In this document: in pieces, positions 38,130-48,280 of the stretch
Layout: each line of letters starts with the position of its first letter
Position numbering within the stretch: the first letter of the stretch is position 1
NCBI GenBank assembly: GCA_002269645.1
Contig: NIVC01000456.1
Coordinates: 1 to 59,503 of the forward strand
DNA length: 59,503 nucleotides
From: Macrostomum lignano
Lineage: Eukaryota
Direction: 5' to 3'
Notes under the pieces: generated by a model
Database searches by the model: none
What the model saw: the letters and a program-made list of their open reading frames with translations, nothing else
What the model was told of the DNA's origin: nothing
Translations under genes and position numbers: made by a program

Positions 38130-39907
38130 TAGACATGTTCCCAAATTTCAATTTCAATTTTCCGAAATTCTGATTTTTAGAGCAAATTTCAATTTCAAAA
38201 AAAATTCGGAAGTAAAAATTTTGGAAGTGCCTATTTCCAAATTTTTTTAACTGATTTTAGTTTTTTAGAACTTTGTTACTGTCTTTTACCAGTGATATTA
38301 TTACAATTTTTACATGTAAAACTAGGCCTATTTGAATTTGTTAAAACTGTTCTATGCATGTAGGACATACATGAAGTTTGTAGAACTGTAAATTTTTGTA
38401 AATTTTGTTGCATTTAAAGCTGCAAAAGTGTCTGCTAATATATTGCATATTTTTTGTATATTACAATACATATATATACATTTACCGTACATATACATGC
38501 ATTATTGTTTATATGATCTCAGTTATTGCTAGTCATGCAGTGATACATGTACATTTTAACTGTAAAATTTATACGAGGGGTGTCCCAAAAGTTCCCGGAA
38601 TGTCTAACGTAGCTCTTCAATGGAGCCATGATGTTTCACGCCCTTGGTGTCAAATGAAAGGAAGTTTTGTCACGAAGAAAATGAAGTTAAAAGCATGTTG
38701 ATATCTGTTTTTATTCAGGAGCTGCAGCAAGAAACGTGCGCAAAGGTCACGGGTACTGTTACACAACCTCACATATCACTGAAAATAATTTTTTCATCTC
38801 CATTTTTGGAGTTTTTCATTTTGAATTCGTGCTACTGACGTGTCAGAAAGACGTGGTGGTGTCTATGGAAAAAAGCAGAAATGCTCATTAAGCTAATCTG
38901 AGCTTTTGCGCGAGTGCAGATAATTCTTACCAAGCGCTTGCTTTCAACTTGAAATCTCTTTGCCAAATTGGGTTCTCTTCAGAGCCTCGAAAGTCAGCGA
39001 AGTCAAGTTTTTGTCCTTTGGTCAGTAGGATGGAGTGGAGCCAAGATTTCTGACCACTTATTCTCCATCCACAGTGAGAACAGCCTGAAAAAAACTGCCA
39101 TTTACGAATGGATCGAACGCTTTAGAGACGGTCCAGAAAATTCGTAGCCGGTGTTCCAGAACCGCAGTGAACTTGAAGGCTTCACTCGTCGCGTCATCCT
39201 GCATCATGAAATGCCTCGAACTGTTTTTGCCCAGGCCATCGACGGCATGCTTTCAAAGTGGCAGAGGTGTATTCAGCTGAATGGGGACTACGTGGAGAAG
39301 CTGCAGGCTGAGCTTGACGATTCGCTTTGAATTTTGAATCGGTGCATGTCCCAAGGATTCATCAACGGTATGAAATGTTCTGTGTTTTATTGTTTAAAAT
39401 CATTGCCATAGATTTTTGAGGTTGTGTAATAGTACCCCTGACCTTTGCGCACGTTTCTTGCTGCAGCTCCTGAATAAAAACAGATATCAACATGCTTTTA
39501 ACTTCATTTTCTTCGTGACAAAACTTCCTTTCATTTGACACCAAGGGCGTGAAACATCATGGCTCCGTTGAAGAGCTACGTTAGATATTCCGGGAACTTT
39601 TGGGACACCCCTCGTACATGTACAAATTAGTATATGTAGTTTTTGCATCGAAAAAAAATTTGCATTTAAAAGTGGCAATGAGGGATTCTACTTATTTAGT
39701 GGCTAAAAATAAACTAACTTCTGCTAAATATACATGTATTTTGTTTTGCATGAGCAGTAAATCAAAAGTAGAAAAGTGAGTGTTGGTTGTACTAAACTTT
39801 GTTTTTTTTATTTTGATTTCGGAAAATTTCAATTTTGATTTTGATTTCAGAAAGTAATGAATTTCAATTTCAATTTCGACAGAAAATTCATTTTCGGAAC
39901 ATCTCTA
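38130..39907. mobile_element. hAT-like non-autonomous element with TTTCAAT subterminal repeats
   Basis: Termini TAGACATGTTCC and GGAACATCTCTA; 8-bp TSD TCATTGTA/TCATTGCA (1 mismatch). Confidence 0.75.
38574..39614 (+). mobile_element. Internally deleted mariner (Tc1/mariner) element with 197-bp TIRs, nested in the hAT-like element
   Basis: TA TSD; TIRs begin CGAGGGGTGTCCCAAAAG; transposase remnants: HTH region (HSENSLKKTAIYEWIERFRDG) next to the C-terminus (KWQRCIQLNGDYVEK); catalytic core missing. Confidence 0.93.
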
Positions 39908-40399
39908 TCATTGCACTTCTAAAAAAAGTCCACAATAAGGTTAGATTCTAGCCTCTTTATCTTAGTCTTAGAATAAAACATCCAAACATCCTTATGTAGC
40001 AATAAGTCTAATGTTAGTATTTAGATCAAATGCAGCATCTATCAAAGTTTGGGTCTTGTTATTAATTACATTTGTCTGGCCACCCTGCTGCTCTTGCAAA
40101 TGCATTATTGTGTAGAGTCTTGACTGTTACTTCTAAAAAGAAATTGTATAAATTGGTATTATTTATGTCATAGTTAATTAAGTGAGTGTTAGAATAGGCC
40201 CTATTTTAGCCTTAAATGCCTATACTTTTGCTACCATAATGAAGAGCAATATCCAACCAATGGCGCACTTTTTTCACTTGCAAGTTTAAAGAAACAAGAA
40301 TTGCAATAAAGCAACCAATATACCACTGCTTCATCAAGTTGCACTATGTGCTAAAGGTTAGACTCTGTTGTTACACAGAGATATATGTGCAATGAAAAT

Positions 40400-41400
40400 T
40401 AAAATAGAGCAATAAATTGCTCAACTTGTATAGTATGATTGGTATTGTAATGGTCAGGACAACCCATGATTCCTGGCACCTGATTCTTAGATAAATACTA
40501 ACATCTAGATCATTGTCTATCTGCAACAAAACAATAGCGGCAGCATCCATTACTATGGTATCAATAGCTTTAGCAGAATGCTTTTTTGATGTTTTTATGT
40601 GTAATGCCAAGCTGTTAAGCAGGGCAATGACAAGTTGTGTGAAATCTGCTTCTATATCTAATTGTTCATGTGCAGTTCAATTGTAATTTCCACAAGAGCC
40701 ATCTTTATCCACAAACCAGCTGTGAAGCAAAGTTATACCTTGGAATTTGCTACCTGATATTTAAATTTAAATAGTTTCATATTGTGATTTGAATTGCTTG
40801 TTTGATATGATTTGGTCAATAGTCTATAGGTCTATTTTAATAAATAGTCTATAGATCATAGAAATAAATTTGATAGGATTAGTAGATTAGAAGCTAATGA
40901 GGCATGAGCTAGGCTTGGTAGAAAAAAGACAGAACCTTTGTAAAGCAATATATAAAAAGGTTTTAGCAGCAGATAGTAATTAACATCAAAGCCTTGAAAA
41001 TGGTATTCAAGAAATCTAGCTATATTTGGTCATAGAAAAGTCATCTCCCAATGTAGCTGCTTGCCATCTTGCACAAACTCCATGAGCTTTTGAATAGGCT
41101 CAAGCAAATCTAGGAGGCCGAGCAGATTTAATAGGAAATCATAGCCAAAGAGCTTGTACTGCAATGTCTTATCATCCTAGCAATTAGGATGCTCTGAGTC
41201 CTTGTAAAGTGCTGTAGCAATGAGATTAAAAATGATACTTAGTAACTCCACTAACTTTAAAATTCAATTAGCTAGTTAGTCAATTATATGGTAAAAAATC
41301 TTATGCCTTTAGGAATCCACAATCATGTCCCACATCTTCATTGTAGAGCCCAAGATGCATTGATCAGCATAGGCTAAGATTCACTTGGCTTTGAACCTTT
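40400..41400 (-). pseudogene. Possible decayed hAT-type transposase remnant
   Basis: Minus-strand segment DKTLQYKLFGYDFLLNLLGLLDLLEPIQKLMEFVQ resembles hAT transposase helices; heavily interrupted; judged by eye only. Confidence 0.3.
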
Positions 41401-41642
41401 CTTTTGCATACAAGTTTCTTTTAAAATTTAGAATTTTTGTCATAATAAATGATTTTGCTATATATTTAACTGTTATATTTTTGTGTAATTTATTAGTAAA
41501 AGTATAAATATAATGAGTAGGCATGATTTAATTATTAAAATTTGGTATGAAATGACATCTTTATTGCCTATGCAAGCCATATAATACTATTTTAATATGC
41601 CACACCACTATGCCACCATGCTATGCACTACCCAAAGCCAAA

Positions 41643-41812
41643 CATGCTTGGGCGCAACCTTGGGATTCACTCAGCCGTTTCTATTGGCAACACACATGTA
41701 AGTCACTATTGGACCGAATAGTAGTCACGTGACTGCTCTCAGCCAATAGCGACTTACATGTGTGTGTTGCCAATAGAAACGGCTGGGTGATTACCAAGGT
41801 TGCGCATATATG
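41643..41812. mobile_element. 170-bp hairpin MITE with CAT...ATG termini and an 8-bp TSD (P-like)
   Basis: AAGCCAAA at 41635-41642 and 41813-41820; ~60-bp internal inverted arms. Confidence 0.8.
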
Positions 41813-41899
41813 AAGCCAAACCAATGCATACTAACTTTTTGAGCCATATGGGATTTCTGACTTGCTCCATCATGGTCAGTGGGTGACGCAGTCGCCAGC

Positions 41900-42480
41900 C
41901 CCACATTGGCACAATAGGCAATGCCATGCTGTTTCCGCTTGGCCGACTTGTTCCTTAATAGTTGGCAACAACTTCTGTAGAAAATGGTCGAATGGCACCA
42001 TTTTTGTCCAGGTCTTCAGACTCCTCACCACCCTCTCGGCTTGCCCACTTGACGCTGGATGATACAGTGAGTTGTGGACCTCCTGACACCCAGTGCTGCA
42101 TAACTTCCAAGCAGTAATTTCCTTTGAAAATGCTTGTTGTTGAACTGACTTCAACAAAAGTTCTTCCTGTGTCTACGATGGAACAGACACTGCAGTGCGC
42201 CATTAGCTTCTTAATTCCCTTCATCACTTATTGATACTTTTCCTGTGATGGATTCCTCAGCGAGAACGCCTAACTGCAGATCGTCAGGTAAATCCGGGTT
42301 GATGTCAGTTCGAAGAAAGTCGCTACAGCCACTGAGAGCTGTAGAGATTTGAATTTGGGCGCATTGTCTGATTGCAGCGTCCCTGGTACTCACAGTGGCC
42401 CATGTGAACCCGGGACGGGGGCTCGCTCTCTGCTGGCCAGGTGTCAATCTTCCACTGCACAAGAGCAGCACAACCGGCCG
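41900..42480 (-). mobile_element. Decayed Gypsy/Ty3 LTR-retrotransposon integrase fragment
   Basis: TWPAESEPPSRVHM, IVDTGRTFV and SLYHPASSGQAERVVRSLK in shifting frames. Confidence 0.75.
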
Positions 42481-42693
42481 CTTCTCAGCACATGGCTTCA
42501 ACGAAAAGCCGCACTGGGTTGGGATTCAGGCAAATTGGCAAAATGTACATTATCTAAATACAGTTGCCCTTTTAATATATTTAAACACATTTTATAAACA
42601 TTACTATAAGTAGAATTGACTGTTCTGTTTTCTGCAGCCTATTATGAGCTCTCTATATAGCTAGAGCAGTGCATTTAAACTGCAGCACCCAGC

Positions 42694-45000
42694 ATGTCTG
42701 CAGTCAGCCAGAAGGCGGACACAATTTGCCGCGGTTGCGACCAGGCATTTTATTCTCTGGATCAGCTGATGCACCACAGGCTGACATGCTGTCCGGGCAT
42801 TGACACCGCCTCCACAGACCAGCTGTTTGGCTGCAGGATTTGCGGCCTGGTCACCAACCGGCTGTTTATGGTGAAGCGGCACTGCCGGGAGTCTCACGGA
42901 GATGACTCCGACCTGCTGCTGGTGGCCACCCTGCACCAGCGGCCGGATGTTCAGCTGTTGGCGCCGCCAGTGTCTGTTCAAACGGCTGCTTCTGTTGCCT
43001 CTGCACCTGTTGCTTCTGAGCCTGTTCCCTCTGCTGCTGCTGTTGCTGCTTTGACTGTTCAGTCACAGCCAGGCACTCAGCAATCCGTCAGTCAGCCCAG
43101 CAAGAAGCGGCTCCGAGCTTCCAGCTCTCCGTCCGTTTCGCAGTCCTCGGTAGAAACCAGACCTGCAAAGCGACAGTCGCTGTCCACCGCAGAGGCTGGC
43201 GGCTCTAAGAGATCCAGCATTAGTAGCGAGAAGAATGCAAGGAACTCCAACTCCCGAACACGTAAGGCTGCTAGCAGAGCCGCAGTCAGGCATTCGTTGC
43301 CTGCGACTGCAAGCAAAAAAGCCAAGTCTAGAAAATCGCTGAATTCTGCCAAACTGCTTGAGGCTCGAAATTCTGTTGCTCTGAAGACGGAACAAAAAAG
43401 CGTCTGGTGAGTTAAAGTGCGAGGACTCATCTAGATTCTAATGGGATTTGAGCTACTGAGGTAGGATTTGAGTTACTGAGGTGAAATTTGAGCTACTCAA
43501 ATGGGATTTGAGCTATTCGGGTGGGATTTGAGCTACTCAAGCGGGATTTGAGCTACTCAGGTGGGATTTGAGCTACTCCGGTGGGATTTGAGCTACTTAG
43601 GTGGGATTTGAGTTACTCAGGTGGGATCTGAGCTTCTTAGGTGGGATTTGAGCTACTCAGGTGGGATTTGAGCTACTCCGGTGGGATTTGAGCTATTCGG
43701 GTGGGATTTGAGCTACTCAAGCGGGATTTGAGCTACTCAGGTGGGATTTGAGCTACTCCGGTGGGATTTGAGCTACTTAGGTGGGATTTGAGTTACTCAG
43801 GTGGGATCTGAGCTTCTTAGGTGGGATTTGAGCTACTCAGGTGGGATTTGAGCTACTCCGGTGGGATTTGAGCTACTTAGGTGGGATTTGAGTTACTCAG
43901 GTGGGATCTGAGCTTCTTAGGTGGGATTTGAGCTACTCAGGTGGGATTTGAGCTACTCAGGTGGGATTTGAGCTACTCAGGTGGGATTTGAGCTACTCAG
44001 GTGGGATTTGAGTTACTCAGGTGGGATTTGAGCTACTCAGGGGGATTTGAGCTACTTAGGTGGGATTTGAGCTACTCAGGTGGGATTTGAGTTACTCAGG
44101 TGGTATTTGAGCTACTCAGGTGGGATTTGAGCTACGGAGGCGGGATTTGAACGGCGCTAATGATTCAGAAAGTGACTCGTTTGGTTTAGTTTTGACACTA
44201 AATTGTCGCTCTCCAGCGCTTCTCCCGCTGCTTCCGCGGCCGCTGTCGCCAAGAAGACGCGAACCCGGGCCGCCGCCGTAGCCGCCGCGGTCGCCACAAC
44301 GGCGGCCATCCTGAATGGCGGTCGCCACAACGGCCGCCACGCCAGCTCGCATAATCCAAGCGAGCAGAAATCGGCCTCCTCGCCTGCAGCTGCCCCAGCC
44401 TCCTCTGCTGCTTCATCAGGTTCGAAATCGAAAACTCCGAGTTCAAAATCCAAAACTCAATCGAACTCGAAGCCGGCCCCGCGAATCTGCGTGTCGCATG
44501 AGATTTTCTCCGCCATGTCGGCGGCAAGCGGCGACGTCAGGGTCCGGCTGGGCCGCCTGCCGCAGGCGGTGCTGGACCAGCTGCACCGCAACGGTAAGTT
44601 CGTGCTGCCCGCCGGCTCAGGCGCTGATGACTTCGCCACCGACGCTGACAGAACTTGTTCATCGACGTCGACGTCGGCGGAGGAGCAGCAGGCGCAACAG
44701 CAGAGGCTGGTCGACCAGCTGCCGCCTGCACCCGTCCTGGAGCCGCCGCCAGAGCCGGTGATGTCGCCGCTCCTGCCGGTCTCCATGGTGGGGGACGAGC
44801 CGCTGTGCCTGCCGGAAACCTCGCAGCCGCCAATCGACGGAGTTTTAATCGAAGGCGACGGCAACTGCGGCCGCGACGGCGAGTTGGTCGACAACGACGA
44901 ACGCGACGACGCAGACAAATATCAGGCGACGGCGACCGGAGAGATGCAGAGTGAGGCTGTCGGACTGCAGCTGGTCACCGTGCCGCTGGAGGCTCTGTAG
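42694..45000 (+). CDS. Zinc-finger protein with two N-terminal C2H2-type fingers and a long low-complexity basic-then-acidic tail; exons 42694-43406 and 44217-45000 (498 aa)
   Basis: C-x2-C-x12-H-x3-C and C-x2-C-x12-H-x4-H; donor TG|GTGAGT and acceptor CTCCAG join in frame (KSVC|ASPAAS); acceptor-like CTGCAG just upstream of the ATG. Confidence 0.8.
43441..44150. repeat. Intronic 20-bp minisatellite (GGTGGGATTTGAGCTACTCA) with a 180-bp higher-order repeat
   Basis: Lines 43501 and 43681 repeat the same variant order. Confidence 0.97.
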
Positions 45001-45023
45001 ACTGCCTGCTCGCTGCCAGGATC

Positions 45024-45032
45024 TGATGGGCC

Positions 45033-45063
<31 letters not shown>

Positions 45064-45158
45064 GCCTGTCTGTCTGTCTGTCTGTCTGTCTGTCTGCCTG
45101 CCTGTCTGTCTGTCTGTCTGCCTGTCTGTCTGTCTGTCTGTCCGTTTGTCTGTCTGCC

Positions 45159-45195
<37 letters not shown>

Positions 45196-45258
45196 GCCTG
45201 TCTGTCTGTCTGCCTGTCTGTCTGTCTGTCTGTCTGTCTGTCCGTTTGTCTGTCTGCC

Positions 45259-45289
<31 letters not shown>

Positions 45290-45460
45290 GTGTCTGTCTG
45301 TCTGTGTCTGTCTGTCTGTCTGTCTGCCTGTCTGTCTTTCTGTCTGCCTGTCTGCCTGTCTGTCTGTCTGTCTGTCTGCCTGTCTGTCTTTCTGTCTGCC
45401 TGTCTGCCTGTCTGTCTGTCTGTCTGCCTGTCTGTCTGTCTGCCTGCCTGCCTGTCTGCC

Positions 45461-45520
<60 letters not shown>

Positions 45521-45686
45521 CGTTTGTCTGTCTGCCTGTCTGTCTGTCTGTCTGTCTGCCTGTCTGTCTGTCTGTCTGTGTGTCTGTCTGTGTGTCTGTC
45601 TGTCTGTCTGTCTGTCTGCCTGTCTGTCTGTCTGTCTGTCTGTCTGTGTGTCTGTCTGTCTGTCTGTCTGTCTGTCTTAGCGTCTG

Positions 45687-45723
<37 letters not shown>

Positions 45724-45727
45724 GCCT
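45024..45727. repeat. (TCTG)n/(CCTG)n microsatellite, ~700 bp, just downstream of the zinc-finger stop codon
   Basis: Direct observation. Confidence 0.98.
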
Positions 45728-46351
45728 GGCTGCTCACCGCAGCTTAGTCTGTTCAGCACGCAGCAACTTTTCCATTGGTTCAGTCATTCTAACCGCATCT
45801 TTGCTAACGATTTGGATTGAACTGCTAGTGGAATAATTTCGGTTATTTAATTTTCGCCTACAAATTTTTCTGCTGTAAAATTTTCCTCTCTCATTGTGTC
45901 CAGCGTCTGCAAAGGTGTACAAATCTCTGTTATGCCCCATTCATCACCTGTGCCCGTGGGTCCCAGTCAATCCTTTGAAATGCGGTGCAAAGTTCTGGTC
46001 GAGGTCACGGATATTTTAATCATGTCGTTAGTTACGATTTCTGTTTGTAGTAAATTTTATAAAAATAGTCGTTGCTTTTTATTCTTTAAATTATGCTTAC
46101 CAATGTTACCTTGAGAACGGTTTAGTAAATTTGCGCAACCCACTACTATCAGAGCTATAATCAAGCTATTTGGCTCTTATAATCTGTTTTCAGTTTTTAT
46201 CAATAAACTTTTAACCTTGCTGGGGGCCGCCAACTGTGGTCTGAGTTTCTCTTATAAATTCTCGCAACACCGTGTACTTTTAGTTGGTCGTTGGATCCTC
46301 AAATCTTCAAACTGCTTCGAGTTTATGGCTTTGTCTGATCTGCCTAACTGC

Positions 46352-46772
46352 ACCAGCCTCTGTGTCTGCCTGTACCAGCCTCTGTGTCTGCCTGTACCAG
46401 CCTCTGTGTCTGCCTGTACCAGCCTCTGTGTCTGCCTGTACCAGCCTCTGTGTCTGCCTGTACCATGTCTGCCTGTACCAGCCTCTGTGTCTGCCTGTAC
46501 CATGTCTGCCTGTACCAGCCTCTGTGTCTGCCTGTACCATGTCTGCCTGTACCAGCCTCTGTGTCTGCCTGTACCAGCCTCTGTTTCTGCCTGTACCAGC
46601 GCAGTTTCAATCGATGGCGACGGCCTCTGTGTCTGCCTGTCCCAGCCTCTGCGTCTGCCTGTCCCAGCCTCTGTGTCTGCCTGTCCCAGCCTCTGCGTCT
46701 GCCTGTCCCAGCCTCTGTGTCTGCCTGTCCCAGCCTCTGTGTCTGCCTGTCCCAGCCTTTGTGTCTGCCTGT
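46352..46772. repeat. 22-bp minisatellite (CCAGCCTCTGTGTCTGCCTGTA)
   Basis: Direct tandem copies. Confidence 0.95.
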
Positions 46773-47244
46773 AGAGAGAAGCTTTAGCTCAAGCTCAAAG
46801 CAATCAATCCATTTTTTATAACACGTAATCTCTGAGTGCTAAGTGGTTATTGTGCTGTAATTACTGGCACAAAGGTAAATTCATATCTTGCTTTTACTAT
46901 TTTACTACTCTCAAATCAGGCTTGATTAATTAGTTTGTTTGGACATTGCTTCACTCTTGCTGGGGGCAGGTGAAACTTTAATATTTCTGCATCACGCTCT
47001 CGCGTCTTCGCATTTGTCAGAGAGCGCTCTGTGCGGCGCAAGATTGCAATTGATCAGCACGCGTTTGCTTGGGCTGATCAGTTATTACAATTAAAAATAA
47101 GCTGTAATTAGTTTTTGTTTGCTTGTTGTTTCTTCAGAAGCTGATTAGTCTTTGCTTTATTTGAATAGAAGACTGAGATTTAAGGGAAGGGCTGTGGGGT
47201 AGCGGAGCTCCATCAGAGGCTGTGTCTCTTGTGGAGTGTCTTGT

Positions 47245-48045
47245 TGGGATCTGAGTGCTCTAACTGGGATCTGAGTGCTCTAACAGGGATCTGAGTGTCT
47301 CACCTGGGATTTGAGTGTCCTACCTGGGATCTGAGTGTCCTACCTGGGATCTGAGTGTCTCACCTAGGATTTGAGTGTCTTACCTAGGATGTGAGTGTCC
47401 TACCTGGGATCTGAGTGTCTCACCTGGGATTTGAGTGTCCTACCTGGGATCTGAGTGTCCTACCTGGGATCTGAGTGTCTCACCTAGGATTTGAGTGTCT
47501 TACCTAGGATGTGAGTGTCCTACCTGGGATCTGAGTGTCCTACCTGGGATCTGAGTGTCTCATCTGGGATTTGAGTGTCTTACCTAATATGTGAGTGTCC
47601 TACTTGGGATCTGAGTGTCTCACCTGGGATTTGAGTGTCTTACCTAGGATGTGAGTGTCCTACCTGGGATCTGAGTGTCCTACCTGGGATCTGAGTGTCT
47701 CACCCGGGATCTGAGTGTCTCACCTGGGATTTGAGTGTCTTACCTAGGATGTGAGTGTCCTACCTAGGATGTGAGTGTCCTACCTGGGATCTGAGTGTCC
47801 TACCTGGGATCTGAGTGTCTCACCTGGGATTTGAGTGTCTTACCTAGGATGTGAGTGTCCTACCTGGGATGTGAGTGTCCTACCTGGGATGTGAGTGTCC
47901 TACCTGGGATCTGAGTGTCTTATTTGGGATCTGAGCGTCTCACCTGGAATCTGAGTGTCCTACGCTCGTATCTGGGATCTAAGTTTCTTACCTGGGATCT
48001 GAGTGTCCTACCTGGGATCTCTGAGTGTCTCACCTGAGATCTGAG
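47245..48045. repeat. 20-bp minisatellite (TGGGATCTGAGTGTCCTACC) with a 120-bp higher-order repeat; related array at 49470-49800
   Basis: Direct tandem copies. Confidence 0.95.
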
Positions 48046-48051
48046 TGGCTT

Positions 48052-48180
48052 TGGCTGCAGTGGGGTAGTGGAGCTCCATCAGTGGCTGCAGTGGGGTAGT
48101 GGAGCTCCATCAGAGGCTGCAGTGGGGTAGCGGAGCTCCATCAGTGGCTGCAGTGGGGTAGCGGAGCTCCATCAGAGGAC
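48052..48180. repeat. 31-bp repeat (GGCTGCAGTGGGGTAGTGGAGCTCCATCAGT) x4, with a related copy at ~47190-47222
   Basis: Direct observation. Confidence 0.85.
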
Positions 48181-48280
48181 ATGGGGTGGCGGCCTTGAAT
48201 GAAGGCAACAGCAGCCAGAGCTGTCGTGTTTGCTGTCTATCGCTACTCAAAGTAGTGTTATTTTGCTTCGGAACTTCCAG

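Noticed and set aside
44845-46821. RQTD, CLSV and VPASVSAC ORFs
   Set aside because: Microsatellite and 22-bp repeat translations
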